Shown here piece by piece: positions 1-12,924 of a stretch of DNA of 64,000 nucleotides (position 1 is its first letter; each line of letters begins with the position of its first letter). Where the stretch lies: contig CM075998.1 of assembly GCA_038087875.1 (NCBI GenBank), positions 3,722,001-3,786,000 on the forward strand. Reading direction: 5' to 3'. The position numbers were made by a program, and so were the translations under genes. Source of the stretch: Malacoraja senta (taxonomy: Eukaryota). The notes beneath the pieces are model-generated. The model was not told the DNA's origin, ran no database searches, and worked only from the letters and a program-made list of their open reading frames with translations.

Positions 1-59
1 GACAAGCTTAGAGAGGATAACAGAAGAGGTGCAGATGGTTTGTATCCAGGCACACTGGC

Positions 60-622
60 AAACTTTTTCTCGACGGAAATGCAATTTTCTCCCGTATCGT
101 ATCTCCGTCTGCACTGCAGCCTAACATCGAGGAGTTGGAGGCCTTTGCTGGAGACTGACTTTTGAGATCTCCTCCGCGGAGAGCCTATGGGACTTTAACA
201 TCGCAGAGCCTGCGATCCCTTTGTCAGGGATCGACCTCGGTGCTCCGACCGTGAGTGCTTGCGGACTTTAACTTCGTGGAGCCCGCGGTCTCTGGTCAGA
301 GACCGACTTCGGGAACTCCAAACCACAGGAGCTTCAACCGCCCCGACGCGGGAGCTTCGACCGCCGGCTACTGGAGCTTCAATTGCCCCGATGGTTCGAC
401 TGCCCCGACAGCCGGAGAATAAAGAGGACGAAGATTGGACTTTTGTGCCTTCCATCACAGTGAGAAATGTGGGGAATCCACTGTGGTGGATGTTTATGTT
501 AACTTTTATGTAATTGTGTGTTTTGTTGCTTTTTTTTTTCATATGGCTGCATGGTAATTCGCATATCACTGTGCCTTAATTGGTACATGTGACAATAAAA
601 GACTTTTGAAACATTTGAAACA
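60..622 (+). mobile_element. GC-rich non-autonomous retroelement (unclassified), related to 985-1645
   Basis: Shared blocks ctaacatcg.ggagc, gccttccatcacagtgag, tccactgtg.tggatgttt and a tgacaataaaa end followed by a simple-repeat tail. Confidence 0.6.
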
Positions 623-984
623 TCTGTGCCTCTTGTGGTCCAGGGATTTAAGTCTTTCCTCAACACGTCTAAATGACAGTTAGAATTCAGACTGACAAGT
701 TCAAAGCTAAGCGCACAATTAGATTTCATCTCAGGGTGGGAGCAGTGTAGCAGTAGAACGGCCCAAGGCTACATGTCCAAGTCTTCAGGGAAATGTGTTC
801 CACGCTGCACAGGTTCACAACAACAGGGACACATTTACATCTCCTGACTGATATTAGAACAGTTTAGTTGCTGCATTTCTCATTTATTTAGCTTTGCATA
901 ATAATGCTATTTTTTTTTTAATTTCTCTCTCGTTTATTATATTGTTTAGCTGTGTATATGTGTGGGGGGGGGGGTGTGGGGGAT

Positions 985-1645
985 ACCGTTATTCTCTTCC
1001 CTGACTTTTTTCCCTGCTGGGTCTCCAGTGTCGTTGGGCCTAACATCGTGGAGCCGGTGGCGGCCTCTAACCGGAACCGACCTGAGGGCTCCGGTCGTGG
1101 AGCCTGCAGACTCGCCATCGCGGAGCTGGCCGACTTCGGAGCGGGAGGAGCTGTGGTGGCCCGCGGCTGCAACCCGACTTCGGAGCTTCGGAGGCTCCGG
1201 CCGCAGGCCCGGTGGACGGCAACATCGGGAGCTCGCAGGTCCCTGGTGGGAGACCACCTTTCGGAGCTCCCGCAATGGCAACTTCTCCCGCCAGAATCGC
1301 GGGGTTTAAATGACGGAGCGGGGAATAACATCGCCAGGCGCGGCTTAAACGGCCGCGGGACTTACCATCGCCCGCCTGGGGCTTTAACATCGGGAGCCCC
1401 AGTTCGCCTCGACGCTGCAGTTGGACTGCTGGACCGCGGGAGAAGAACAAAGGGAAGAGATAAGACTTTTGCCTTCCATCACAGTGAGGAGGTGTTGGAG
1501 ATCCACTGTGATGGATGTTTGTGTAAATTGTGTTAAGTGTGGGTCTTGTTTTTTTTTGTAATGTTAAGACTGTAGAAAATGCAATTTCGTTCAAACCAAG
1601 CTGTTTGAATGACAATAAAAGGCATTCTATTCTATTCTATTCTAT
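985..1645 (+). mobile_element. GC-rich non-autonomous retroelement (unclassified)
   Basis: As for 60-622; ends tgacaataaaaggc(attct)n. Confidence 0.6.
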
Positions 1646-2071
1646 CAAACAGTGCTCTAGCAATCTCTCCTCCAGAAATATTAGACAATTTAATTGACTT
1701 TTAACTCATTACATTATTGTTATCCCTCTATTCAGAGTCACAGCACTGGTTCCTCATTCACTTCGCTCATGTTCTATTTGTCGCTGAAGGAAACCCATCT
1801 GAGCATTGTCAATCACAGAACGTGTCCCTTTCAATCCTTGCAATTCGCATGCCAAAATTACATCTTGATGGGAACGAGAGAGAGAAGTTGAATTCATTTG
1901 TTCTGAGCAATCACCAGCCCGTTAATGGAAATCTATACTTAGAGCAGGGACATAATGTAAAATCCCAAATGGCGTGCGGAAAATACGAAAATCATCCCAT
2001 TACACGACAACTCAAGCAAGCTGTCAGTGACTAGAAACAAGGAACTGCAGACGGTGGTTTACACAAAGGGA

Positions 2072-2337
2072 CACAAAGTGCTGGAGTAACTCAGCGGGTC
2101 AGGCAGCATCTGTGGAGAACATGGATAGGTGACGTTTCACAGAATGCTGGAGTAACTCAGCGGGTCAGGCAGCATCTGTGGAGAACATGGATAGGTGACG
2201 TTTCACAGAGTGCTGGAGTAACTCAGCGGGTCAGGCAGCATCTGTGGAGAACATGGATAGGTGACGTTTCACAGAATGCTGGAGTAACTCAGCGGGTCAG
2301 GCAGCATCTCTGGAGAAAAGGAATGGGTGACGTTTCG
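2072..2337 (+). repeat. Four tandem 66-bp copies of a Penelope pseudo-LTR-derived unit
   Basis: ctggagtaactcagcgggtcaggcagcatct recurs at 2081, 2147, 2213 and 2279. Confidence 0.9.
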
Positions 2338-2659
2338 GGTCACGATCCTTCTTCATTCAGATTGATTGTAGTTGGGGGAAGAATGCTGGGAGGAGGTAAG
2401 GCAGGACAAAGAGTGTCAGGTAATAGATGGACACAGGTGAGGGATTTATTTGGTAGGCAAATGGTTGGAAGAAAGGCCAGAGATTAAAGCATAAAGTGTG
2501 CGACCTTGACTGGGCAATGAAAACCAGTTAGGTCTGTTGCTTCAAGCATGGTTAGAATAACATCTCCACCATGAATTGGGATCTCCTTGTGGGCCAGTTG
2601 TTTTGTGAGGGCAGTTCATTTGAAAATAAATTATTCTAAGTCAAGAGTTTTACTTGGCA

Positions 2660-3488
2660 CTAGACCAAGTGCAGACCCGTTGGGTCTGGTCCCTGAACGT
2701 GCTTCAGCGTCTTGACGGCGTAGGCAGCGTCTGGACGACCGTATGCAGCGTCTCGACGTCGTACGCAGCGTCTTGACGGCGTACGCAGCGTGTTGACAGC
2801 GTAGGTGGCGTACGCCGTCAAGACGCTGCGTACGTACGGCCATCGAGACGCTACGTACGCCCTCAATGGGGCTGCGGGCCGACAGGCCGTTGACGCGCCG
2901 GCTCTGTCACGCTGGCTGAAGGTAAAGATGGGTTGTTCCGCCGCTGCTTTTCGGCGTCCTCGAACAGAGGACGGCGAAAAGCAGAGGGGGAAGAGCCGAT
3001 GTTTGGCTTGAGCCATCGTGAGAGAGCCGGCCCGGGGGGGGGGGCTAGTGGAGGAGAGCCGGGCGGCAACAGTGAAAATCGCCAACGAAAAAATTAAATT
3101 GTCGGCGTTTTTGGAGGAGAGCCGGGCGCTTGAGCCAGCGTGAGAGAGCCGGCCCGGGGGGGGGGGATATTGGAGGAGAGGCGGGCGGCAGCAGCAAAAA
3201 TCGGCAGCAAAAGAATAAAATTGTCAACGTTTTTGGAGCAGAGCCGAGTGGCAGCAGCCGTTATGGTGGCTGGCCAGCAGGAGGCGACAAAATGAGTGAG
3301 TGGGGTGGGGGGGGGAATGGATTTTATTAAAGGAGTGTGTTAGGGTATGTAAAAGTGTAATGTCTAGCGAAATGGAAAAAAATCTCGGAGTTTTCGCGTG
3401 TGGTTTTGGCGGACCAAGGAATCAAAGGCCAAATCTGACACCCACAAAAAAAAAATAAAACGCACGCACGCACGCACGCACGCACGTA

Positions 3489-3572
<84 letters not shown>

Positions 3573-3588
3573 TTTAATAGTATATAGA
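2660..3588 (-). mobile_element. Non-autonomous Helitron-type element
   Basis: On the minus strand it starts TC (TCTATATACTATTAAAAC) and ends CTAG, inserted between host A and T. A GC hairpin CAGACCC-GTT-GGGTCTG (2672-2688) lies 8 nt from the CTAG end. It has internal 20-bp tandem/inverted repeats and a (CA)n tract, and no TSD. Confidence 0.8.
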
Positions 3589-4494
3589 TAAGCACTGGAT
3601 ATGGATCAGAACAATGGCATTCTAACTTGCTGCAGGCACTTAGACAAGTTAGCTTCTCGTTTTCACCCTACAAACAGCTAACAATAGCCTGTTTCCTTTA
3701 TCATCGTTACTTTTTTGCATATCGTTTATTCATTGTTCTTTATCTCTCCACATCATCGTCTATATCTCTCGTTTCCCTTACCCCTAACCAGTCAGAAGAA
3801 GGATCTCGACCCGAAACGCCACCCATTCCGTCTCATCAGAGATGCTGCCTGTCCCACTGAGTTACTCCAGCTTTTAGTGTCTATCTTCGGCAACAACAAG
3901 AAATATACAATAAATTATCCGTTTTTCTAAATAACACTAGATTGTGCAAAAACCAAAGTAAGTTGAATAATAATTCAGAATCAATCAAAAGAACACAAAA
4001 ATCCGAAGTGGAAGTTGATCACCAGGCCCATCAAGCCTGTCCCGCCATTCAATATGATCATGGCTGAAGATAGACACAAAACGCTGGAGTAACTCAGCAG
4101 GTCAGGCATCGTCTCTGGAATATTTAGCCCAAATAACAATTCCTTGAACAAATGCAAAGTATCAGAAGCCAATAGAATGAATTGCATGCTCAAATTAAAC
4201 TTGAAGGTTTTTAGATATTGTTACTGAGGTATGCTTGCAAGATTGCTGGCTTAGGCATTAAATGTACATGGTATTAAAGTCTACAGGAAAAATAGCAGAG
4301 GGGAAGAGGTAGTCTTGGTCATTCAGGATGAAATCGCTTCAGTGGCAAGAAAGGATATAACATGAGGTAAGTATGTTTTAGAAACTTTATGTGTGGAATT
4401 AGCAAATACAAAAGGTGATTAGACTGTGGTGGGTGGCATGTTAAGAGCCCGTGGCTGCAGCAATGTAGCGGGAGTAAATAAATTCACCATGTGT

Positions 4495-4718
4495 AGTGCA
4501 GGAAGGAACTGTAGATGCTGGTTTAAACCAAAGATAGACACAAAATGCTGGAGTAACTCAGTGGGACAGGCAGCATCTCTGGAGAGAATGAATGGGTGAC
4601 GTTTCAGTTGAGGCCTTTCTTCCGACTGGGTCTGAGTCTGAAGAAGGGTCTCGACCCGAAACGTCACCCATTCCTTCGCCTGTCCCACTGAGTTACTCCA
4701 GCTTTTTGCGCCTATCAT
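4495..4718. repeat. Inverted pair of Penelope pseudo-LTR-derived elements
   Basis: gctggagtaactcagtgggacaggc ... gcctgtcccactgagttactccagc. Confidence 0.8.
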
Positions 4719-7252
4719 GATGCAAATAATGGTTTAATGGCAGATTTAACAGGTTAATTAACAGATTTAAAGATTCTCCGAGATCTTCGGTTTCCTCCCA
4801 CACTCCAAAGAAGTACAGGTTTGCAGGCTAATAGGCTTGGTATAAATGTAAAATTGTCCCTAGTGTGTGTAGGATAGTGTTAGCGCGTGAGGAGTCATAT
4901 GGAGACACAAGGAACTGCAGGCGCTGGAATGAGTAAAACACACAGTGCTGAAGTAAGTCAGTGGGTCAGGCAGCATCTCTGGATAGGTGATGTTCAGTGT
5001 CAGGACCCTTCTTCAGACTGGTTGTAGTAGGAGGCAGACATCAGTTGCAATGGTACGATGCACATACCTCACAACACCTCACACCCCATATAAATGTGAT
5101 GCATGCCACCATTACATACAGTGGTATTTAAACAATGCTGTACAAATGTCATTCTATAAAATACTGGAAGTATGGCAATGTCTGTGCATTGACGGTATTT
5201 GATAGGCATGTCTTGTAATTTAAAAAAATATATTGAAGGCAAATCATGTTTCCTTGGTCCGAAAAGAATAAATCCGGAATTTGTAAGCAATTTCTTTTCA
5301 GTTTGGACTTTTGAATATTCAGCTATTCCTTTGGGAACAGTCTTCGGGATGATGATATGTTGGCCAAATTACTTTATATAATAGATGAGAGCGTTTTAGA
5401 AGGACTGGCAGCTTTTTTAAAGTTTTCTCAGACAAGACGCAGATTAGATTCTGCTCAGCAATCGCAGTTTTACCAATTGAGGCTTAAATTTACAACAAGC
5501 TGACTGATAGACATCCCAGGTCGTGATCCTCTTAACACAGATATGAGAAAGAGATCAAGTTAATTGACAGTTGAGCTGAAATAAGTGGGGCGAGAAATTC
5601 AATCACACAATGGTTGTTTTTTACTCGCGACACAACCCATTTTGAGCAGAAGGTCATTTGTGACAATCAATGGTGTGCTTTGCGCTAAGTTGAGAATTTC
5701 GTTCAGGCACGGCCGTGTACATAACATAGAATCAGTGCAGAAACAGGCCCTTCGGCCCACCATGTCCATGCTGACCATTGAGTTCCCATCCTACAGAGGT
5801 GTATAAAATCATGAGACGCAGAGTCTCTTGCCCAGAGTGGGGGAATCAAAAACCAGAGGGCACAGGTTTAAGGTGAAGGGGGAAACATTTTATGGGAATA
5901 AGGTCATAACGTCATAAGGAATAGTAGAATTAGGCCATTCGCCCCATCAAGTCTACTACGCCATTCAATCATGGCTGATCTATCTCTCCCTACAATCTGA
6001 GGGGTAACTTTTTCACGCATGGAGGCTTGTCGCTGTGGGGACCAGAGTCGCTTTTTTATTAATTATCACTCATGGATGGAGGAGTTTTGCTGGGTGGTCA
6101 TCACTTATTTCTCATCGAAGACAGACACGAAGTGCTGGAGTAACTCAGCGGGTCAGGCAGCATCTCTGGAGGAATGGATTCAGGTCGAGACTCTTCTTCA
6201 GACGGAGAGTCAGGGGAGAGGGAAACTAGAGATACAAAAAGGTACAGAACAACTGAATGAAAGATATGTAAAAGGACAAATAAAAGCCAGCAATGATGAT
6301 CAAGGAAAGGTGGAGCTCACAATGGTCCATTGTTGGCCATGGGGAAGATGACAATGAGTGATACAAACAGCATCTCATATTTCGCTTGGGCAGCTTACAA
6401 CCCAGTGGTATGAATATTGATTTCTCTAACTTCATGTAAGCCCGGCATTCCCTCTCACACCGTCCCTCCCCCAGCCGAGTTGTTGTACTAGTTTCACCGT
6501 CGTCCTGTTGAATTTCACTGTTTGTATCACTGGTTATCACCTTCCTCACAGATACTGCCTGTCCCGCTGAGTTTCTCTGTGTCTATCTTTGGTGTAAACC
6601 AGCATCTGCAGTTCCTTCCTACACACATATTTCTCATCCTTATTTGCAATTGTGTGTTAAAAAGGAGACACGTTCCAGACCCTGTAAAGGCCTGTCGATG
6701 AGGCACCTCTGATACTGCTGTTACTGAAACGAATGAATGATCCAGTTCTGTGACCTTCAACGCTGAGTCCATCTGCAACTGAGTCCAAACAAATCTGCAA
6801 GTAATTGATGATCCCCTTACAAAGCACAGGTGCAGCCCTTGCTCCTATTATTCAGACCTGCTTTCATCAGCATGGCTGAGAATTCATTGCATATATGCAA
6901 AATAATTTATCTGGGGAAACATCAATGTCTCCGCTCCTGATCTATATGCTTCGTGCTTTATATGTTCAAGGTGAGGAGAAAATGTTATTGGTACCTGAGG
7001 GGCAACCTTTTCTCAAAGAAGGTGGGGGAGGATATATGGAACGAGCTGCCAGAGGAGGTAGTGAGCCAGGTACTATAACAACATTTAAAATGCATTTGGA
7101 CAGGTACATGGAAACGTTCATAAGTTATAGGAGCATAATTCAGCCATTCGGCCCATCAAGTCTACTTTGCCATTCAATCATGGCTGATCTATCTCTCCCT
7201 CTCAACCCCATTCTCCTGCCTTCTCCTTACTCCTGAAAAAGAGATAAAACAA

Positions 7253-7458
7253 GGCACAGTGGCGCAGCTGATGGAGCTGCTGCCTCACAGCGCCAGAGAC
7301 CTGGGTTCCATCCTGACCTCGGTTGCTGTCTGTGTGGAGTTTGCACGTTCTCCCTGTGGCCACATGGCTTTCCTCCGGGTGCTCTGGATACAGGGATCGC
7401 TGGTTGGCGCGGACTTGGTGGGCCAAAGGGCCTATTTCCGGCCTGTATCTCTGAACTA
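7253..7458 (+). mobile_element. HE1-like SINE (internally deleted)
   Basis: Same head and tail as 8776-9065. Confidence 0.75.
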
Positions 7459-8775
7459 TACGAAAATAGCAAATTCTGTTGACACCCACCAGGTCAGGCA
7501 TCATATGCGGAAAGAAAAACAGAGTTTAAGTTACAGGGTGGAGTTCTGATTCAATTCATCAAAACTTGACAACTGCGAAAGCAAAGATGTCTTAAGTTGC
7601 AAAAAGGGCAACAAGTGGACAGAAGGGAAAGATCTGTGATAGAGTGGAGACCAAGGTTGTCCAGCTGACACAGATGCTCTTAATGTGTCTCAGAGAGTGG
7701 AATGAAGGTTTTTTTGTTGTCACAGATGATCTGGCTGGAGGAGAGTAAGTAGAAGGAGATGTATGAGAGCACTTAGAGAGAGAAAATTGCATAATTGATT
7801 GTTGATATAGAGGCTTCGATAATTGAAAGACACAAATGAGCATTTAAAAACAGAACCATTTGCTGGGTAATTGTTTGCACATTCTTGTCTCATTAATATT
7901 TCGGACAGGCGGATTAGTATATTAGCTCCTGGCATTTTGCTTCTGTGAAAATCAAATGTTCTCATATAAATTTTGCTAAATGAAGTTGTTGGGATATTGG
8001 TAAACTTACATAAAACAATCTAATAACTTCTGTCTAATAGATCTATTATTCAAGTTGCTGAAATTCAAAGCCTGTTGGAAACTTAGAGAGTCTCGGACCA
8101 GAGGACATCGCCTCAGAATAAAAGGATGTACCTTTAGAAAGGAGATAAAGAGGAATTTCTTTAGTCAGAGGGTGGTGAATCTGTGGAATTCTTTGCCACA
8201 GACGGCTGCGGAGACCAAGTCAATGGATATTTTTAAGGCGGAGATTAACATATTATTAATTAATATGGGTTATGGGGAGAAGGCAGAAGAATGGGGTTGA
8301 GAGGGAAAGATTGAATGATTGAAGTTATGATTGAATTGCCGAGTAGACTTGATGGGCTGAATGACCTAATTCTGATCCTATAACTTATGAACATGAACCC
8401 AGATACCCTCACTGCATATTCAAGGCTATTACAAATCATTGATGATGTACAACGTGAAGAGCAGCGGCCTCAACACCGACCCCCTGCAGAATTCCACAAG
8501 TCACTGGCAGCCAACCAGAAAAAAAACCCTTTATTGCCACTCATTGTCTTCTGCCATTCGGCCACCCTTCTAGCCATGCTAGTATCTGCCCTCGAATACC
8601 ATGGGCTCTCATCTTCTTTAGCAGCCTAACGTGTGGCACTGTATCAAAGGCCTTGTGAAAATCCCTGTAAACAACATCGGATGATGGTGTTTATTTCCTG
8701 TTTTGGTTATTATCATAACTGTGGTATAGGACCTTGCTGTGCATAAACTCCCAATGGTGACCACACTATACAGAT

Positions 8776-9065
8776 GGCACAGTGGTGCAGCGGTAGAGTT
8801 GCTGCCTTGCAGCACTGACAGCACCAGGGATCCAGTTTCGATCTGACTATGGGCGCTGTCTGTATGGAGTTTGTACATTTTCCCCATGACCTGCATAGGT
8901 TTTCCCCGGGTGCTCCGGTTTCCTCCCGCACTCCAAACACGTACAAGTTTATAGGTTAATTGGCTTCGGTAAAATTATAAATTGTCCCTAGTGTGTAGGA
9001 TAGTTGGTCGGTGCGGACTCGATGGGCCGAAGGGCCTGTTTCCCTACTGTATCTCTGAACTAAAC
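8776..9065 (+). mobile_element. HE1-like tRNA-derived SINE
   Basis: A/B-box-like head ggcacagtggtgcagcggtagagttgctgcc...gtttcgatctgact and a CR1-like tail ending ctgaactaaac. Confidence 0.8.
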
Positions 9066-9636
9066 TTCTCACTGAAATTAGCGCAACACAAACCAAGTCA
9101 TTCCTTGCTTTTCCAAATCAGAGATGCAAGCATGTTGGCGTGTTTGAAGGAAGATCAGTTATTGTGTTTAGAATCTGAAAAAGAATCACATAAGATGCTC
9201 CAAGAAAAGGATTAGGCTGAGATCTGCCCCTTAACACAGAGGCTAATAGAGGTGATGCATATTATCAACAGGGCAAGCTTCTTTCATTTTCTATTGAGAT
9301 TGCCTTGGGGCTGAGGAGGGAGAATGAAGTTGTATTTTCTGATGGGTTTTAACCCTTCAAATCCTATTTCTTGAGAATTCCTTCTTTAAATCACTGCTAA
9401 GATTCTCCTCTTCTTTAGCCATAGATTCTGTATTTGTGACCATGTCAGTCAGCCACCTTGATCCACCCCCCCCACCCCATCACCACCAGCACTTTACCAA
9501 GTGATCGCTCATCACATGGTAGTTAGGGTCAACAGGATAATTGGCTGTGACAGACATGCCAGAGGAGGAGAATCAGATCTAGCGTCTGTTCACAGGCACT
9601 TTGCAGTAGCAGTAGCAATCAGAAAGCCAGTTGTAA

Positions 9637-10640
9637 TTTAGTTTAGTTCAGAGATACAGCACGGAAACAGGCCCTTCGGCCCACCGAGTAAGCACCGACC
9701 AGCGATCCCCGCATATTAACACTATCCTACACACACTGGGGACAATTTACATTTATACCAAGCCAATTAACCTACAAACCTGTACGTCTTTGGAGTGTGG
9801 GAGGAAACCGAAGATCTCGGAGAAAACCCATGCGGTCACAATAGACAATAGGTGCAGGAGTAGGCCATTTGGCCCTTCGAGCCAGCACCGCCATTCAATG
9901 TGATCATGGCTGATCATCCCCAATCAATACCCCGTTCCTGCCTTCTCCCCATATCCCCTGACTCCGCTAATTTTAAGAGCCCTATCTAGCTCTCTCTTGA
10001 AAGCATCCAGAGAACCGGCCTCCACCGCCCTCTGAGGCAGAGAATTCCGCAGACTCACCACTCTCTGTGAGAAAAAGTGTTTCCTCGTCTCCGTTCTAAA
10101 TGGCTTACTCCTTATTCTTAAACTGTGGCCCCTGGTTCTGGACTCCCCCAACATCGGGAACATGTTTCCTGCCTCTAGCGTGTCCAAGCCCTTAACAATC
10201 ATATATGTTTCAATGAGATCACCTCTCATCCTTCTAAACTCCAGAGTGTACAAGCCCAGTCGCTCCATTCTCTCAGCATATGACAGTCCCGCCATACCGG
10301 GAATTAACCTTGTAAACCCACGCTGCACTCCCTCAATAGCAAGAATGTCCTTCCTCAAATTAGGGGACCAAAACTAGGGGAGCCCCATCTAGCTCTCTCT
10401 TGAAAGCATCCAGAGAACCGCCCTCTGAGGCAGAGAATTCCACAGACTCACAACTCTCTGTGTGAAAAGGTGTTTCCTCGTCTCCGTTCTAAATGGCCTA
10501 CCCCTTATTCTTAGGGGAGAACACGGGGAGAACATACAAACTCCGTACAGACAGCACCCGTAGTCAGGATCGAACCCCGGGTCTGCGGTGCTGCAAGCGC
10601 TGTAAGGCAGCAACTCTACTGCTGTGCCACCGTGCCGCCC
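9637..10640 (-). mobile_element. HE1-like SINE split by a CR1 insertion (halves 9637-9840 and 10520-10640)
   Basis: The two halves join at gcggtcac/acggggagaac to give a full SINE. Confidence 0.8.
9839..10512 (-). mobile_element. CR1 LINE 3' fragments nested in an HE1-like SINE
   Basis: ORF 9924-10358 MRKDILAIEGVQRGFTRLIPG...; a second short piece at 10389-10512. Confidence 0.88.
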
Positions 10641-11045
10641 CATTATTATTGCCCCAATCCTGCCCCAGGACATCATTGAGGTTCCTGGGCCAACTATCTT
10701 CAGCTGCTTTATCAAATGGCCTTCTCTAAATTATAATCTAGGAAATGTCCTTCCCCATTTACCACACCTGAGGAAACAAAGCACTTCATGCCCGCACTGA
10801 GCAATACTTAGGGCATTGTCTACACTTGCCCAGAGTACAGGTGTTCAGGGACTGCTCTCATCCCTATAGTGACCTCCCTGACACTCTCCTGCTGTTTGTT
10901 GTGTTCGAGGGCTAAATAATTCACAAACAAACTACACTTGGTGTCCAGAACCCAAAGTGTATTTATTACAAGCCCAACATGGCTGCCGCTAAAACTCTGC
11001 CGCTCCCACAGGGACCCTCCCTGAGGAGACATTCATTTCGAGACA

Positions 11046-11059
11046 GAGCCCTCTAGTGG
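11046..11059 (-). promoter_or_regulatory. Candidate CTCF site
   Basis: gagccctctagtgg has one mismatch to the CTCF core GCGCCCTCTAGTGG, in non-repeat sequence; a weaker match is at 16846-16859. Confidence 0.35.
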
Positions 11060-12224
11060 TGACTCCAGGACACAACACTGTTGTCTGAGAGACTATCCAT
11101 GACCTCCCTTAACTTTTTGTGGTCACTGTTCCTCACTGTCCAGCTCTCACTCATCCACCAGCTGCACCCTCCCACCCTCTCGTATCATTACAACATCCAT
11201 TCCCTCTGTTGCAACACTCCCCATTGGCTGGAAGAGTGTCATTTATTTGTTTATAACTTTAAGGATCAGTATCTGAGGCCACTGTTGCAAGGCTAAGTGC
11301 CAACAGCAATAAATCAAAAGACAACTCTGACAATCCTGTTCTAGAAACATTGTATTGTTTAAGAACTTTAAAAGCAGAGGTTTGGTGATATGCAACACTG
11401 TTTTAATGCCATCAAAATGCAATAAAGCTATTTCTTGGACTCTTTCTGGTCAAAGAGTCACGCACAACAGAAACAGGTCCTTTGGCCCAACTCATCAATG
11501 CCGACAATCTGCCCATCTACACTAGTCCCATTTGCCCGCGTTTGGTCCATACCCCTCTAAACCTTTCCTATCCATGTATCTGTCCAAGTGCCTATTAAAT
11601 GTTGTTATTGTACCTGCCTCAACGACCTCCTCTGGCAGCTCGTTCCATATGCCCACCACCTCTCTGGTCATTATCATATTTCTGGTGTGGGATTATGTGC
11701 CTAAACTGGTTGCCACAGTTCCTTGCTTTTATCTATCAGAAGTCCAGGCATGTTGGCTTGTTTGAAGCTCAGCTGCTGTGTTCAGAATCTGAAGAAGGAT
11801 CACTTAAGATGTTCCAAGAAAAGGATTAGACTGAGATGTGCCCATTAATACAGAGGCTAATAGAGGTGATGCATATTATCAATAGGGCAACCTTCTTTCA
11901 TTTTCCTGTTACACTATTGAGATTGTCGAGGGTTGAGTGGCGGGGGGGAGGGGGGGGGGGAGCTGGATTTTCTGAAGGGTTTTAACCCTTCAATCCTTTC
12001 CCTGGAGAATTTATTTCAATAAGAAATCATACCATTTGCCTCAGCAGTCTCTTCTCCTTTCCTGAAGTTCCTGGATTCTAGTTCTATGAACATGCCATGC
12101 TTTGGCACCTCAACCAAACACTGGCGGCACGGTGGCACAGTGGAAAGGTTGCACCAAGGCCTAGTTTGGCTACTCAAATGGCCAGTAACAAAGGAGATTA
12201 TAAAAAGAAGCAAACACTGCCTAG

Positions 12225-12610
12225 TGTTTGGGTAAATGGGTAAAAAGGCAGCCAGCATCATCAAGGACCCACATCACCCTGGCCATGCTCTCATTACACT
12301 CTTGCCATCGGGAAGAAGGTGTAGGCGTCTGAAAACCGTGATTTCCAGGTTCAGGAACAGCTTCTTTCTAACAACCATCAGGCTATTGAACACGTCAAAC
12401 ACCAACTAAACTACAAACTATAAACTGTCTTGATTGCACTAGGGACTTTGGGCTTTTATATTGGGACTTGATATTTATTGAACTTCTTTTTGTTTGTTTT
12501 ATTATGTTATCTATTGAGTACTGTGTTTACAGAACAGTTCTGCTGCTGCAAGTAAGAATTTCATTGTTCCATTTGGTATATATGACAATTAAACACTCTT
12601 GACTCTTGAG
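12225..12610 (+). mobile_element. Rex1/Babar-type LINE 3' end
   Basis: gcagccagcatcatcaaggacccacatcaccctggcc (AASIIKDPHHPG) with tail tatgacaattaaacactcttgactcttga. Confidence 0.75.
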
Positions 12611-12924
12611 AATTGACATTTCTTGAACACTATTATTTGAAAGGTGCCAATATTGCCTGTGGCATAAATGCTGGAAAATCTTAGTTCTTTATTGTCTGAA
12701 TGAATTACCAAACTATGAAATGCTTTCTTCGGTTGTTATTTTGAATTGCCACAAAAATTGATTTTGATTTTTGCTTAGCCTTAGATCTACTGGATGTCAA
12801 AATGTTACGTTCGTTTTTACTAATTGAAGCTCTTGGCTCTAAACGGAGAAGCCTGCAGTAAATGATGACCATTGCAATAAGACTGAACTGGTCTCACACT
12901 TAGGACTCAGTTTCAGAGCCTTGG

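Noticed and set aside
195..1615. Several overlapping 110-194 aa ORFs on both strands
   Set aside because: They lie in two related GC-rich repeat copies, have no recognisable domain, and long ORFs are expected at this GC content.
1717..2034. 105-aa ORF in unique sequence
   Set aside because: No recognisable homology and no convincing exon boundaries.
2072..2337. CRISPR-like appearance of regular repeats (also 26417-26722)
   Set aside because: Units are head-to-tail with no unique spacers, there are no cas genes, and the DNA is vertebrate.
5324..5503. Open frame YSFGNSLRDDDMLAKLLYIIDESVLEGLAAFLKF...
   Set aside because: It looks coding-like but has no recognisable family, no donor and no partner exons.
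9251..9342. C/D box snoRNA in the duplicated segment (gtgatg...ctga)
   Set aside because: The C box is imperfect, there is no terminal stem, and no host intron is evident.
11779..11810. VQNLKKDH resembling spectrin GVQNLRKKH
   Set aside because: Flanking residues do not fit the spectrin exon, and the duplicate copy at 9164-9195 is not open in that frame.
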